The position numbers and the translations under genes are program-made. Source: Hyaloraphidium curvatum SAG 235-1 (Eukaryota > Fungi > Monoblepharomycota). Taken from it: DNA of 64,000 nt. The stretch covers positions 186,001-250,000 of the forward strand of contig JAIVFI010000042.1 in assembly GCA_025558095.1 (NCBI GenBank). Reading direction: 5' to 3'. Below the pieces are notes generated by a model that was given only the letters and a program-made list of their open reading frames with translations, made no database searches and was not told the DNA's origin. Positions 46,733 through 56,571 of the stretch are shown piece after piece; positions within the stretch are counted from its first letter, which is position 1; every line of letters starts with the position of its first letter.

Positions 46733-47847
46733 ATGTCGGCGACGGAGCCGCCGTGGGTGGCGGACCTCCGCGGCCGCCCGGGCGCCGTGGCCTGGCTCCG
46801 CTCTTGGGACTCCCTGGAAGACGGCGGGCCCTTCTGGCCCCGAGTGCGCGGGCGGGCGTGTTTCGACGCATACGTTTCGGCGATCGACGGCGATGCGGTC
46901 GACGCCGCGGCGCTCTGCGGACCCTTTGCCGGGGGCAATGGGACAGTCCAAGGCGGGGCGAGCTACGCGCTCCTGTACGAGGCCGCGAAGCAGCTGGCCG
47001 CCTCCACCCTCCCCGGTTCAACGATGCGCCTCTCGTCGACAAAGTACGCGGCGCCGGTTCCCGGGGGATGGCTGCGCGTGACGGCGCGGGTCGTCGGGCG
47101 GAAGGATGGCACCGTGGTGATCGATTCCGCGGTCGGCGCCGACGGGGCCAAGCCGGGGGTGACTACGCTCACGACGTGGAGTAACGCGGCGGAGGATGCG
47201 GGCACCGTGCGGCGAAATGAGGTGCCGGTGAAGGGGATGCTGCCGGCGCTCGAGGCCGAGATCGGGGACGGGAGGGCGCCGAACATCGTCGTGGCCATGG
47301 TGCGGTCGCTGTTCGGGAGCATGCCGGAAAATTTCGGGTACGATGCGCAGGGCATGCGGTTGGTCCGGGCGCGATTTTGGGGCGGCATCCTGATGAGTGA
47401 CGTCTCTATTGGACACTAGGTGGCACGATCTTCGGCATTACCAGAAGCTCGTCAGCCCCGGAAACCTCGTCTACCTCTCCGAGCTGCCCCCCGGTATATC
47501 GAACCCAACCGGAACCATCGACCTGGCCGCCCTCGCGGTGCACGCCGAGTACGTGCCGTCGCTCTCCCGCTTCCACATCATCTGAAACCCCCTTTGCGCG
47601 CAGCTTCACCACCGCAGGCACCACCTGGGAAGCCTACAACAAGCCCACCGCGCACACGAGCATCACCTACGAGCCCACGGCCTTCGCACGCTCGGCGATG
47701 CCGCGGTGGGTCTGCGCGCGCGTCAGGTGCGGGCCGCTGGAGGGGAGGCGGGCGAAAGCCGAGTCGGTGCTGGAAGACGAGGAAGGGAGGGTGCTGGCGA
47801 AGGTGGAGGCGACGGTGGCCGTCGTCGGGGGCGAGTTTAGGCTGTGA
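46733..47847 (+). CDS. Hot-dog-fold thioesterase-like protein (probably double hot-dog), spliced
   Basis: GPFAGGNGTVQGGASYALLYEA, LSSTKYAAPVP, second NPTGTID repeat, SVLEDEEGRVLAKVEATV; ends GGEFRL*. Confidence 0.65.
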
Positions 47848-49154
47848 TGCGGGACTTTGAAGGCGGTGGGTGGGCGCGGTTTGACCCGAGGGGAAGCCCG
47901 ACTTCTGGTTTAGTTTGAGGTCCCTCCTGGAATCTCTGCTGGGCTGCAATGAAAGTTGGAAAGGTCCTGGGAGGCACCTCATTGGAAACCGTTCATGGGG
48001 CGCCTCGCCAATGTTCCTCCTGCTCTATGCGCTACTACTACATGTGCTCAATCTTTCGTGCGCCGCCTAGAGGTCCCGCCGCGCTCACTCGATGGTCCAC
48101 GCTCGTCCGACCTGTTGCTCCTCCTAGCCTTGCGCCACGCTCTTCCGCGCATCCACACTCTCCGCCCGTCGGCTCCACTCCACTCGTCTGCCATCATCTA
48201 TTATGCTTGCTCCAGACCGCTATTCTCTCCCCCGGCGACGCTGACCGCCGCGTCACCAACGCCTCACGGTCCCGCGGTCCCAGTTTCCCCGAGACCCCTT
48301 GCCGCACGCACGTCAGGACCGCAATCTATCCCGAAAAGGCTATGCTCGACGTTATTTTAGGCTTTGATCGATCTCGGGCATTTGCCCCGGACGCCGCGTC
48401 AGCCCGATCGCGGCCGCTCCCTCCCGCTCGCCGCCCCACACGCAAATCCCTCCCGCCCTACAGCCCGCCAGCGCCGGCCCGCTCGCCGCCTTCAAGAACA
48501 CGCCCGCGAGACCCGACCTCCCGGCCGCAGCGGCCCCGCCGACCCCCAACGCCCGTCAACAACCCCACTCACCTGTTTCCTCCTTTCCACTCCTTCCTCG
48601 TCGCCCTTCACCAACGCCGCGCCAACCATGAACAACGGCAACGCTCAACAGGCAACGCTCAACAGGTTAGTACCCTCTCGCGTGGTCCGGGTCTGGGGTC
48701 TTGGTCTATGGGGTCGCCGCCGCCGAGGTCGGGCTGCCGAGGCGCGCCGGTACGTTCCCCTGCTCCTGGGAGTTTGCGGATCTCCCCCTAGTCGACGCCG
48801 GCGTAACGGCGTGGCACCGTCTGCTGTTGGGGCGGACTGTTTCAGCCCGCGCAGACCGGTTGGCGCACTGCACAAAGCGGAAATGCTAGGCCACAGACCG
48901 CGAAGGTACGCCGTCTGCTCGTAGCCCACACGATAGACTCGATGATGGCGGCACAAGCCCTTTCCGTGATCCTCCTAGGTGGGGCCCGGGCCTTGGGAGT
49001 GATCTTACCCTGCCCGGCAGCGTACATGCGCCCCAGGCCATCAGGGACTCGCGTCACTCTCAACTGACTCAACTTGACCCCCGCCATCCACTGCTGTCGC
49101 CGCCTCCGTAACTCCGCGTTGCTCTGCCTTTGGCCGCCTACAGCGAGCCCGAGT

Positions 49155-49630
49155 TGCGAAGGTACAGGACGTCTGACATTCGGACAAGGGTATTTTCATT
49201 TTCGGTTCGGAGGCGTGGAGGCGTCGGTCCTCGCGATCGACTCGTGATCGACTCGCGATCGACTCGCGAGTGACTCGCGAGTCACTCGCGAGCGACTCGC
49301 GAGCGACTCGCAAGTGACTCGGCACAGCCACCCTCCTGGGATATATAAAGAGCGGGACATGTAACAGTACAATCTTGATCGCCAGTTGACTCTACGTGCT
49401 CTCCGTGTCGTTCGACCACCGTGCGGAACCCCGCCCGGCCGGATCCTCGTTCTGAGAGCCCTTGGGACGCACCCCGGGAGACATCCCGTAACCTCTTTCC
49501 CCCGGCTACAGTCAAGTATCTTCAGCGCTGTTCGCTTATTCATATTCAGGGCCTATCCGACCCGAAGAGCCGAGCGGGATTCGCGCGCCGGGTTAGAGCT
49601 TCAGGCCCGGTTCCGACCCGGACCGTCGCA
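49155..49630 (+). repeat. 5' LTR (476 bp)
   Basis: TGCGAAGGT...ACCGTCGCA (8/9 terminal inverted repeat); matches 59334-59809 with no differences seen. Confidence 0.97.
49230..49349 (+). promoter_or_regulatory. LTR U3 array of ~8 x 11-bp GACTCGCGA(GT/TC) units followed by TATATAAA
   Basis: 11-nt periodic repeats at 49230-49321; TATATAAA at 49342-49349. Confidence 0.8.
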
Positions 49631-49631
49631 C

Positions 49632-49649
49632 TGGTCCGACCTCCGTGAT
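49632..49649 (+). other. Primer-binding site, 18 nt, tRNA-Tyr type
   Basis: TGGTCCGACCTCCGTGAT, 1 nt after the LTR; its complement ends AGGTCGG-A-CCA (C1:G72 and A73, the eukaryotic tRNA-Tyr acceptor identity). Confidence 0.7.
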
Positions 49650-49797
49650 CCTGCTCTCGGGTCTTCGACACCTCGTTCGACTTCAGTTTCGACTTCGATA
49701 ATCCAAAAACAACTTCGCCTGGCACCGGCGCTTGTCGACTGCCACTCTTTTCTGTCAACCGTATTCCGTCAACCAAGTTCATTCCCCTTCGCCAAAC

Positions 49798-51453
49798 ATG
49801 GACCCCGTTCAAGAAGCCGCCCCTCAGCAGGAGGTTCAGCAGCCTCAGGAAGCTAACGATTTGCAGAACAACCCGCAGGCCCAGGCGATTATCCAAGCTG
49901 CGCAGGCCGCGATCCAGCAAGTCGGCGCCGCCGCCAACGACGTCGCCCAACTCGCCGCCCAGCAAGCCGCCCAGCAAGCCGTCGCCGATCAGCTTGCCGC
50001 TCAGCTCGTGGCGCAACAGACCGCTCAGCAGTTGCCAGCTGCCCAAGTTCAACAGCAAGCCGCCGCCGAGCAGCTTGCAGCGCAGCAGCTCCAGCAGCTC
50101 GCCGCACAGCAGCAGGGTCAGCGGAGCGAGCAAGCCCCGGCTGTCAACGCTGCCGCCGCTGGTCTCCAGCCGCAGCAGTTCGTCGACGCCGTACGGGCCA
50201 TCGTTGGCGCTCAGCCGCCGAACGATGGAAGCACCGGCCTCCCCCAGGCGGATCGCCAGGGCGGAGCCGCCAAGCTCCCGGCTCAGCTGCTGCCTGCTTC
50301 TGTTCAGCCCTTCGATCCCGCTACGCAGGACCCGGAAGACTTCTTCCGCGACCTCACTACGGTTCTCACGGCGTTCGGCTCCATCAACAACCTCGTCAAG
50401 GTCTTCCCGGTCTTCCTTGGGCCTCTGCCGCGCGCAATGTGGCACAACATCACGCCGCAGAACCGCCCTCCGGACTATCCCGCGACGGCCACCTATCCTC
50501 CGGTGACCCAGAACGATGTGCTTGCCTGGCTACGCTACCACTTCGAGCCCCGCGACGCATCGATGCATTATCGCCGGCACTACAACACGATTCAGATGAC
50601 CAACGATGAGACCCTCGACGCCTTCGTTGCCCGCGTATCCCTGGCCGAGACGCGTTTCCTCTCGCACTGCGGCGATCAGCTTCCTACCAGGGAAGTGCAA
50701 GACAGCGTGTACGGCCAGAACCTGCTCTATGGACTGCGCCCGGAGCTACGCGGGAAGGCGCTGGAGCTCCTCGGGGATCACCTCATCAACCGCACTTCCG
50801 TCACCAAGGTCATCGAGAAGATGCGCACCGTCATGCAAGCATCGGGCCCTGCGCAGCCGCGCGACATCCGTTTCCTGGGCCAGAACTCGATTTCGGAGAT
50901 TCCGGCTCTGGTCGGCCAGCACTCGTCTTCGGGCTCCTCCAAGGCGACCGACAAGGCGACGACGGAAGTGCTGCTGGCTCATACGCAGGCTCTCACAAAG
51001 CTGCTGGAGCCTAAGGGAGAGCGCAGGCCCACCGGTGGACCGCCGGGGGAGTCTGCGTTCCGGCCTCCGCGCCGTTTCGTCCCCTTCCAGTCTCGTCGGA
51101 GCCAGCCGTTGCCGCCTTCGGGGCCGAACAGCGACCTCGTCGAGATCAAGGAGCTCATCACCAAGCTGCTGCCGTCGCCTCGCCATCAGGTTCAGGCCGC
51201 GGAGACCAGGTCGAACCCCCCCGCGAGGCCTCCTCCGATCGATCGGCCCCGCCAGCAGCAGGAGCGCCAGGATCGCCGGCCCTTCACCTCGGAGTACCGC
51301 GACCAGAAGCGCTTCCAGCCTCGCCACTGCCATCTCTGTGGCATGGATGGGCATGCTCAGGACGAGTGCTGGGAGTTGGAGAAGAATGCCAACCGCCGCC
51401 CACTCAACTGGAAGTCTCGCCTCGGCAACACCCCTTCGATGCCAAAAAACTAG
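49798..51453 (+). CDS. gag: Gag with Q/A-rich N-terminus and CCHC zinc knuckle
   Basis: MHR-like IQMTNDETLDAFVARV; CHLCGMDGHAQDEC. Confidence 0.93.
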   Translation: MDPVQEAAPQQEVQQPQEANDLQNNPQAQAIIQAAQAAIQQVGAAANDVAQLAAQQAAQQAVADQLAAQLVAQQTAQQLPAAQVQQQAAAEQLAAQQLQQLAAQQQGQRSEQAPAVNAAAAGLQPQQFVDAVRAIVGAQPPNDGSTGLPQADRQGGAAKLPAQLLPASVQPFDPATQDPEDFFRDLTTVLTAFGSINNLVKVFPVFLGPLPRAMWHNITPQNRPPDYPATATYPPVTQNDVLAWLRYHFEPRDASMHYRRHYNTIQMTNDETLDAFVARVSLAETRFLSHCGDQLPTREVQDSVYGQNLLYGLRPELRGKALELLGDHLINRTSVTKVIEKMRTVMQASGPAQPRDIRFLGQNSISEIPALVGQHSSSGSSKATDKATTEVLLAHTQALTKLLEPKGERRPTGGPPGESAFRPPRRFVPFQSRRSQPLPPSGPNSDLVEIKELITKLLPSPRHQVQAAETRSNPPARPPPIDRPRQQQERQDRRPFTSEYRDQKRFQPRHCHLCGMDGHAQDECWELEKNANRRPLNWKSRLGNTPSMPKN

Positions 51454-51491
51454 CTTTGCCCTCAGTGCCGCACGGCCATAGGGGGGCAGAG
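51444..51491 (+). other. -1 programmed ribosomal frameshift signal
   Basis: A_AAA_AAC immediately before the gag TAG; pol is in the -1 frame; downstream stem 51454-51463 pairs with 51482-51491. Confidence 0.85.
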
Positions 51492-54400
51492 ATCCAAGCT
51501 CTTGAACCACATGTGGAACCTCTTCCTGGAACTTCCCCGCTGCCGGACGGCACGGACCCTTCATCTCCTGGCGGATCGCCGGAGTTGTCGGATTCCGCGA
51601 CCGATGAACCGACGGCGGAGGACCACGTTCATCATTGGCCCTTCGGGGGCACGGAGTACATCCTCTTCCTCGAGGCGGAGGCAGCTCGACAGGCCGCCGT
51701 TCGTCAGCAGCGGGAGGCGCTCATGCCGATCGACGAGACCCTGGCCCCGCCGCCGGCAGCGGATTCGGCGTCGCCCGGCTCGGTCGAGGTCGTGGGAAAC
51801 GGTGAACCGGCGGCACAGGATGCGGACGCGGGATCAGCGGATGCACCTATGCACGAGGGCCCGACCGTCCGCGCCGTTCCCGGACCTTTCGAAAGGCCCC
51901 CTCCTCCTTCCGCCTACGCACGACCACCGCTGCCTGGCCCTCGGCCTCGCCCGCGGCCACCTGCTCCGGTCGCCCCTCCGCCGGATCGCTGGACGTGGAC
52001 TTCGCAAGTGCAGTTCCACTATCAGGCGGCACGCGTTTCGGCATGGGTCAACGGCGTGAATACCCCCGCGGCCCTCGTCGACTCCGGTGCCTCAGTGGTG
52101 GCGGTTCGGTCGTCCTTCTTCTGCCGGATCCACCCGTCGCCACCGATCAAACCATGGACACTCGGCACCCTCAGCACGGCCGCGGCCGGCGGAACCATGT
52201 GGGTCCGCGGAGTTGCTAAGATGGACATCCTGGTCGGGAATCAACACTGCGTCATGGACGTCGCCATCATGGACGGTCTCATGGACGACGTGATCCTCGG
52301 CACCCCTTGGCTCTCCGCCCTACGCGTTCAGATGGACTGGGAGACGCCGGTCCTCTATTTCAAGGACGATCCGGAGGGGGTCGTCGTGCCAATGCACATT
52401 GTTGCGCGACCGCTCTTCGGATCACACCTGGTCGCCCCGCTCCATTCAACCACCTCCATCACGGTCTACCCCAACGAGGACGTCTCGATCACCGCTGAGC
52501 TGGCCCCGACGACTCCCTTGGCGACCGTCGTGGAGATGGACTTGACAGGGGTCATCGAGACGCCGAACACTTCGCCGTTCGATCGCCTCTTCATCATCCC
52601 GTCGGCGACGCCCGACAGAGACGGTCGGCTGCCGATTCTCATCCGCAACTACGGGACGACACCGGTCACGATCGGCCCGGGCACCCACCTCGGCCGCTTC
52701 CGCGTGCGGATTCCTGGATTTCTCGCTCCGGAACCGCCCACGTATCTGGCTCCCGCGCAGATCTCGATGCTGGAGCCCGAGCTGCCCCACACCGAACCGG
52801 CCGAATCCACGCTCACGGTCGAGGAGACCATCGATCTGTTCGCGGTGCCCTCGCCGGGATCGATTGGACCACCTCAGCCTCCCGGCGTGGAGCCTCCTCC
52901 GGTCGAGGCTATCGAGCTCAAGATGGACCAAACGATCCTGAGCGAGGGGGACAAACCTCGTTTCCATAAGCTCTGCGACCGCTACCGGGACGTGTTTGGT
53001 CCTTGGATCGGCAAGCTGCGCAACCATCGCTTCCGGATCGACACGGGCGACCTCAAGCCGATCCACCAGATGCCGTACCGGACCCCGTTCCGGCTTCGCG
53101 GGGAAATGGACAAGATCATCGACGACCTGCTCGTGCAGGGCGTAGTCGTCCCCTCGCGAAGCCCCTGGGCCACGCCCTGCATCATGGTGCCAAAAGGGCA
53201 CGGCTCGGGCGAATGGCGCCTGGTGATCGATTACCGGAAGCTCAACGCCGCCACCAAGCGCGACGTCTACCCGATGAAGAACCCAAGCGACACTCTCGCT
53301 CTCCTCAGCGCGGCCAAGGTGTGGAGCGTTTGCGACATCCGCTCCGGCTTTTGGCACGTGGAGGTGGCCGACGAGGACAAGGAAAAGACGGCCTTCACGA
53401 CGCACCGCGGTCTCTACCAGTGGGAGCGGATGGCCATGGGCTTTACCAACGCTCCTGCAACCTTTGCTCGGATCATGGACGAGCTCCTCGCCGGCCTCCA
53501 GTGGTACTGCTTGGTGGTCTTCATCGACGACATCATTATCTTCTCGCAGACGGTCGACGAGCACCTCGTGCACCTGGAGCTCCTCTTTGACCGACTGCGC
53601 GAGGCCGGGATGACTCTGAAGCTGGCCAAATGCAAGTTCTTCCGCCGCGAGGTCAAATACCTCGGGCATTACGTCACCGCCGACGGCCTCAAGGTCGACC
53701 CCGAGAAGACCCGCGCGGTGGACCAGTTCCCCCGCCCAACGACCAAGAAGGAGCTCCAATCGTTTCTCGGCCTCTCCAACTACTATCGCCCCTTCATTGC
53801 CGGCTACGCCAACATTGCCAGCCCGCTCACCCGCCTGACGCAGGACGGCGTCTCGGTCTCTCGGGCCTGGGACGACGCATGCGAGGCCGCCTTCCGTATG
53901 CTAAAGGAACGGCTTACGTCGGCGCCCGTGCTCCGTCGCCCCGACTTTTCCAAGCGCTTCGTCTTGTTCACGGATGCCAGCGATATCGGCCTCGGCGCGG
54001 TGCTCAGCCAGCGGGACTCCGATGGCAAGGAGTACGTCATCGCCTACGCCAGCCGCGCTCTGCAGCCGAACGAGCGCAAGTGGGACACTCGGGAGCGCGA
54101 AGCCCTGGCCGTTGTTTGGGCATGCGAGCATTTCCGGGCGTATTTGATCGGGGACGAGTTTGAGGTGGTCACCGACCATAGCGCCCTCAAATGGCTCTTG
54201 GAGACCTCCAAGCCGGGCCGCCTACAGCGCTGGATCCTCCGGCTCTCGGACTTCAGGTTCCAGATCATCCATCGCTCGGGCAAAGCGAACTCCAACGCCG
54301 ACTTCCTGTCTCGTCAGCTCGTGGCGCCGTCGCCCGACGAGGACGTGCCTATGGGCGACCCCGAGGAAATCTTGGACATCCCTGCCTTTTGGCCCCCAAA

Positions 54401-56501
54401 CCCTCCCGACCCCTTGCCTTTTTCTTCTTTTTCTGGGGGGGGACGGGCGCCCGGATTCCTCTCCGGGAGTGATCTCGGTCAGACTTCCCGTTCTTCGTCA
54501 ACCCCAGTCACCGAGTCAGACTCGGGACGAGCTACTGCGGGTTCCTCAGTCAATTGTGAATCAATGGAGCGAGTGCTGTCTGGCACGGAGTTCCCGGCCA
54601 CGGTTGCCGCAGTGGAGGGAACCCTGTGGAGCGATCCGGGGACCCTGCCCGAGGCTGCGGCACCGGAGACGCAGATCCTCCTGCCGATCCCAACGACGAA
54701 CGCACAGGTCGACCCGGCAGACGTGCCTGAGCGAGACCTGGCGTTCCTTCATCCGGCACTGCTTGAGGTGCTACCCGATGTCGGGGGCATCAGTGCTATT
54801 GACCTTGCCGACGTCAGATCCCGGGATGCCCTGCGCAAAGTGCAAGAAGCCGACGTCGAGACCAGCGCGCTGATCCGCTTCGTGCGAGACGGGGAGCTCC
54901 CTCCCAACGTGAATCTGGCCAAATTCTGCAAGAAGTACGGCGAGCAGTACTTCCTCGCTACGGACGGCGTGCTCTGCCGGCGCGATGTACTCGCGACTGG
55001 TACCCGTCGTATCCCGGTCACCCAGCTCGTGATACCGCACGAGCTGAGGGAGGCCTACCTGCAACGTGCGCACGACGATCCCCTGAGCGGGCACGTCGGG
55101 CGACACCGGGCGTACAGCAATCTGCGGCGCCGCGTATATTGGGTCGGCATGGCGCACGACGTTCGCCGCTGGACGCGAGCCTGCCTTACATGCATGACCC
55201 GGAAGATGCCTTCGGTATCGAACCAGGGCTTACTGAAATCGGTTCCTCTCACAGGTCCCAACGAGGACATCTACATCGACTACATCGGCGAGATCAATCC
55301 GGCCACGCCCCGCGGCAACAAGTACCTTCTCGTCGTCTACGATCCGTTCACTAAATGGGTCGCGGCGTATCCGACTCCGGACCTCTCTGGGCCGACGACG
55401 GCGAAGCTGCTCTATACGCGATGGATTCTCGAGCACGGTCTTCCGAAGCGGATTCACCACGACAACGCCTCGAACCTGGACAACCATTACATGGAGTACC
55501 TGCTCAAGCTACTCGGCATCAACCGGGGCCTGGTCACGGTTGGGCATCCCAGGGCTTCCCTCGCGGAGCGCCCGAACCGGTGGATCATCGACGCCCTGAG
55601 CGCAGCGGTCTCCAAGAACTACCAGACATGGGACGAGGACATCGTGGGGGTCATCTTTGCCTTCCGGACCTCCATCCACGCGACGACCGGCGAAACTCCG
55701 TTCTTTCTGATGCATGGTCGGGATGCTCGTATTCCGCTCGACCTACTTTACGACGAGACCGAGATTCGCGAGCCAGTGCACCTGCGGGCCAGCGACGAGG
55801 AGGACAAGAAGACAGAGGATGAGCGCCGGCGGACCTACGTCGTGGAGCTCGTGGCGCAGCTTCGTGCGGCCTACGACCTGGTGGCCGAGAAGATGGCCGC
55901 AGCGGCGGAGACTCGGAACGCCAAGGCCAACGCTACCCGGCTTCCGATTACCTTCCGCCCCGGCGACCTCGTGCTCATCTGGGGACCAGAACGACCGCGC
56001 AAGGGCGAGCCGGGCAAGTTCGTCTCTCGTTATCTTGGGCCCTACCGCATCGAGGAGTCAGGCCACACCGAGCTCACCTGGAAGTGTAGACACGTCTACG
56101 AGACCGACCACGTCACCACTGTGCATGTGGACCGGCTGGCGCGCTACAAGCCTTGGGAGTCGGCCACCTTCAACGCGCGCTCGTGGAACGCACGCGCCCC
56201 GGAGCTCGCCGCCGGTGAAGAGCTCGATCTCTCGGAACCGGTGAACGAGTTCGAAGAGGAAATCGAGGTCGAGAACGCGCTTGGGAACGAGCAGGAGTAC
56301 ACCGTCGAGGACATCGTCGGCCACGAGGGCCAGGGTCACGGACTCAAGTTCGAGGTCAAGTGGCGGGGCTTCGCTCGCACGACCAAGCTCCCTCTGGACA
56401 TGTTGCACGGCGCCATAGGGATCGTCCGCGCCTATGCCGATCGCGTTGGTCTCCAGCTCCCGACGGGTCTCCCCAGGCGCATGCGGACTCGGCGTCGCTA
56501 G
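51444..56501 (+). CDS. pol: Pol: aspartic protease, RT, RNase H, integrase, chromodomain (intact)
   Basis: ALVDSGAS; RLVIDYRKLN, MGFTNAPATF, FIDD; TDAS...E...TDH; HHCC plus D,D,E; GPY motif; YTVEDIVGH...FEVKWRGF. Confidence 0.97.
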   Translation, partial: KKLALPSVPHGHRGAEIQALEPHVEPLPGTSPLPDGTDPSSPGGSPELSDSATDEPTAEDHVHHWPFGGTEYILFLEAEAARQAAVRQQREALMPIDETLAPPPAADSASPGSVEVVGNGEPAAQDADAGSADAPMHEGPTVRAVPGPFERPPPPSAYARPPLPGPRPRPRPPAPVAPPPDRWTWTSQVQFHYQAARVSAWVNGVNTPAALVDSGASVVAVRSSFFCRIHPSPPIKPWTLGTLSTAAAGGTMWVRGVAKMDILVGNQHCVMDVAIMDGLMDDVILGTPWLSALRVQMDWETPVLYFKDDPEGVVVPMHIVARPLFGSHLVAPLHSTTSITVYPNEDVSITAELAPTTPLATVVEMDLTGVIETPNTSPFDRLFIIPSATPDRDGRLPILIRNYGTTPVTIGPGTHLGRFRVRIPGFLAPEPPTYLAPAQISMLEPELPHTEPAESTLTVEETIDLFAVPSPGSIGPPQPPGVEPPPVEAIELKMDQTILSEGDKPRFHKLCDRYRDVFGPWIGKLRNHRFRIDTGDLKPIHQMPYRTPFRLRGEMDKIIDDLLVQGVVVPSRSPWATPCIMVPKGHGSGEWRLVIDYRKLNAATKRDVYPMKNPSDTLALLSAAKVWSVCDIRSGFWHVEVADEDKEKTAFTTHRGLYQWERMAMGFTNAPATFARIMDELLAGLQWYCLVVFIDDIIIFSQTVDEHLVHLELLFDRLREAGMTLKLAKCKFFRREVKYLGHYVTADGLKVDPEKTRAVDQFPRPTTKKELQSFLGLSNYYRPFIAGYANIASPLTRLTQDGVSVSRAWDDACEAAFRMLKERLTSAPVLRRPDFSKRFVLFTDASDIGLGAVLSQRDSDGKEYVIAYASRALQPNERKWDTREREALAVVWACEHFRAYLIGDEFEVVTDHSALKWLLETSKPGRLQRWILRLSDFRFQIIHRSGKANSNADFLSRQLVAPSPDEDVPMGDPEEILDIPAFWPPNPPDPLPFSSFSGGGRAPGFLSGSDLGQTSRSSSTPVTESDSGRATAGSSVNCESMERVLSGTEFPATVAAVEGTLWSDPGTLPEAAAPETQILLPIPTTNAQVDPADVPERDLAFLHPALLEVLPDVGGISAIDLADVRSRDALRKVQEADVETSALIRFVRDGELPPNVNLAKFCKKYGEQYFLATDGVLCRRDVLATGTRRIPVTQLVIPHELREAYLQRAHDDPLSGHVGRHRAYSNLRRRVYWVGMAHDVRRWTRACLTCMTRKMPSVSNQGLLKSVPLTGPNEDIYIDYIGEINPATPRGNKYLLVVYDPFTKWVAAYPTPDLSGPTTAKLLYTRWILEHGLPKRIHHDNASNLDNHYMEYLLKLLGINRGLVTVGHPRASLAERPNRWIIDALSAAVSKNYQTWDEDIVGVIFAFRTSIHATTGETPFFLMHGRDARIPLDLLYDETEIREPVHLRASDEEDKKTEDERRRTYVVELVAQLRAAYDLVAEKMAAAAETRNAKANATRLPITFRPGDLVLIWGPERPRKGEPGKFVSRYLGPYRIEESGHTELTWKCRHVYETDHVTTVHVDRLARYKPWESATFNARSWNARAPELAAGEELDLSEPVNEFEEEIEVENALGNEQEYTVEDIVGHEGQGHGLKFEVKWRGFARTTKLPLDMLHGAIGIVRAYADRVGLQLPTGLPRRMRTRRR

Positions 56502-56571
56502 TAACACCAACGACGTCTATCCGGTCACAGCACTACCATCTCTGTGCTCCGATCCCCGGCTTTTCACTGAC

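Noticed and set aside
48638-48666. 15-bp tandem repeat (gcaacgctcaacagg) and a similar one near 25281-25315
   Set aside because: In-frame slippage duplications in low-complexity sequence.
49230-49321. 11-bp repeat arrays as a CRISPR array
   Set aside because: No unique spacers, unit too short, no cas genes, eukaryotic LTR context.
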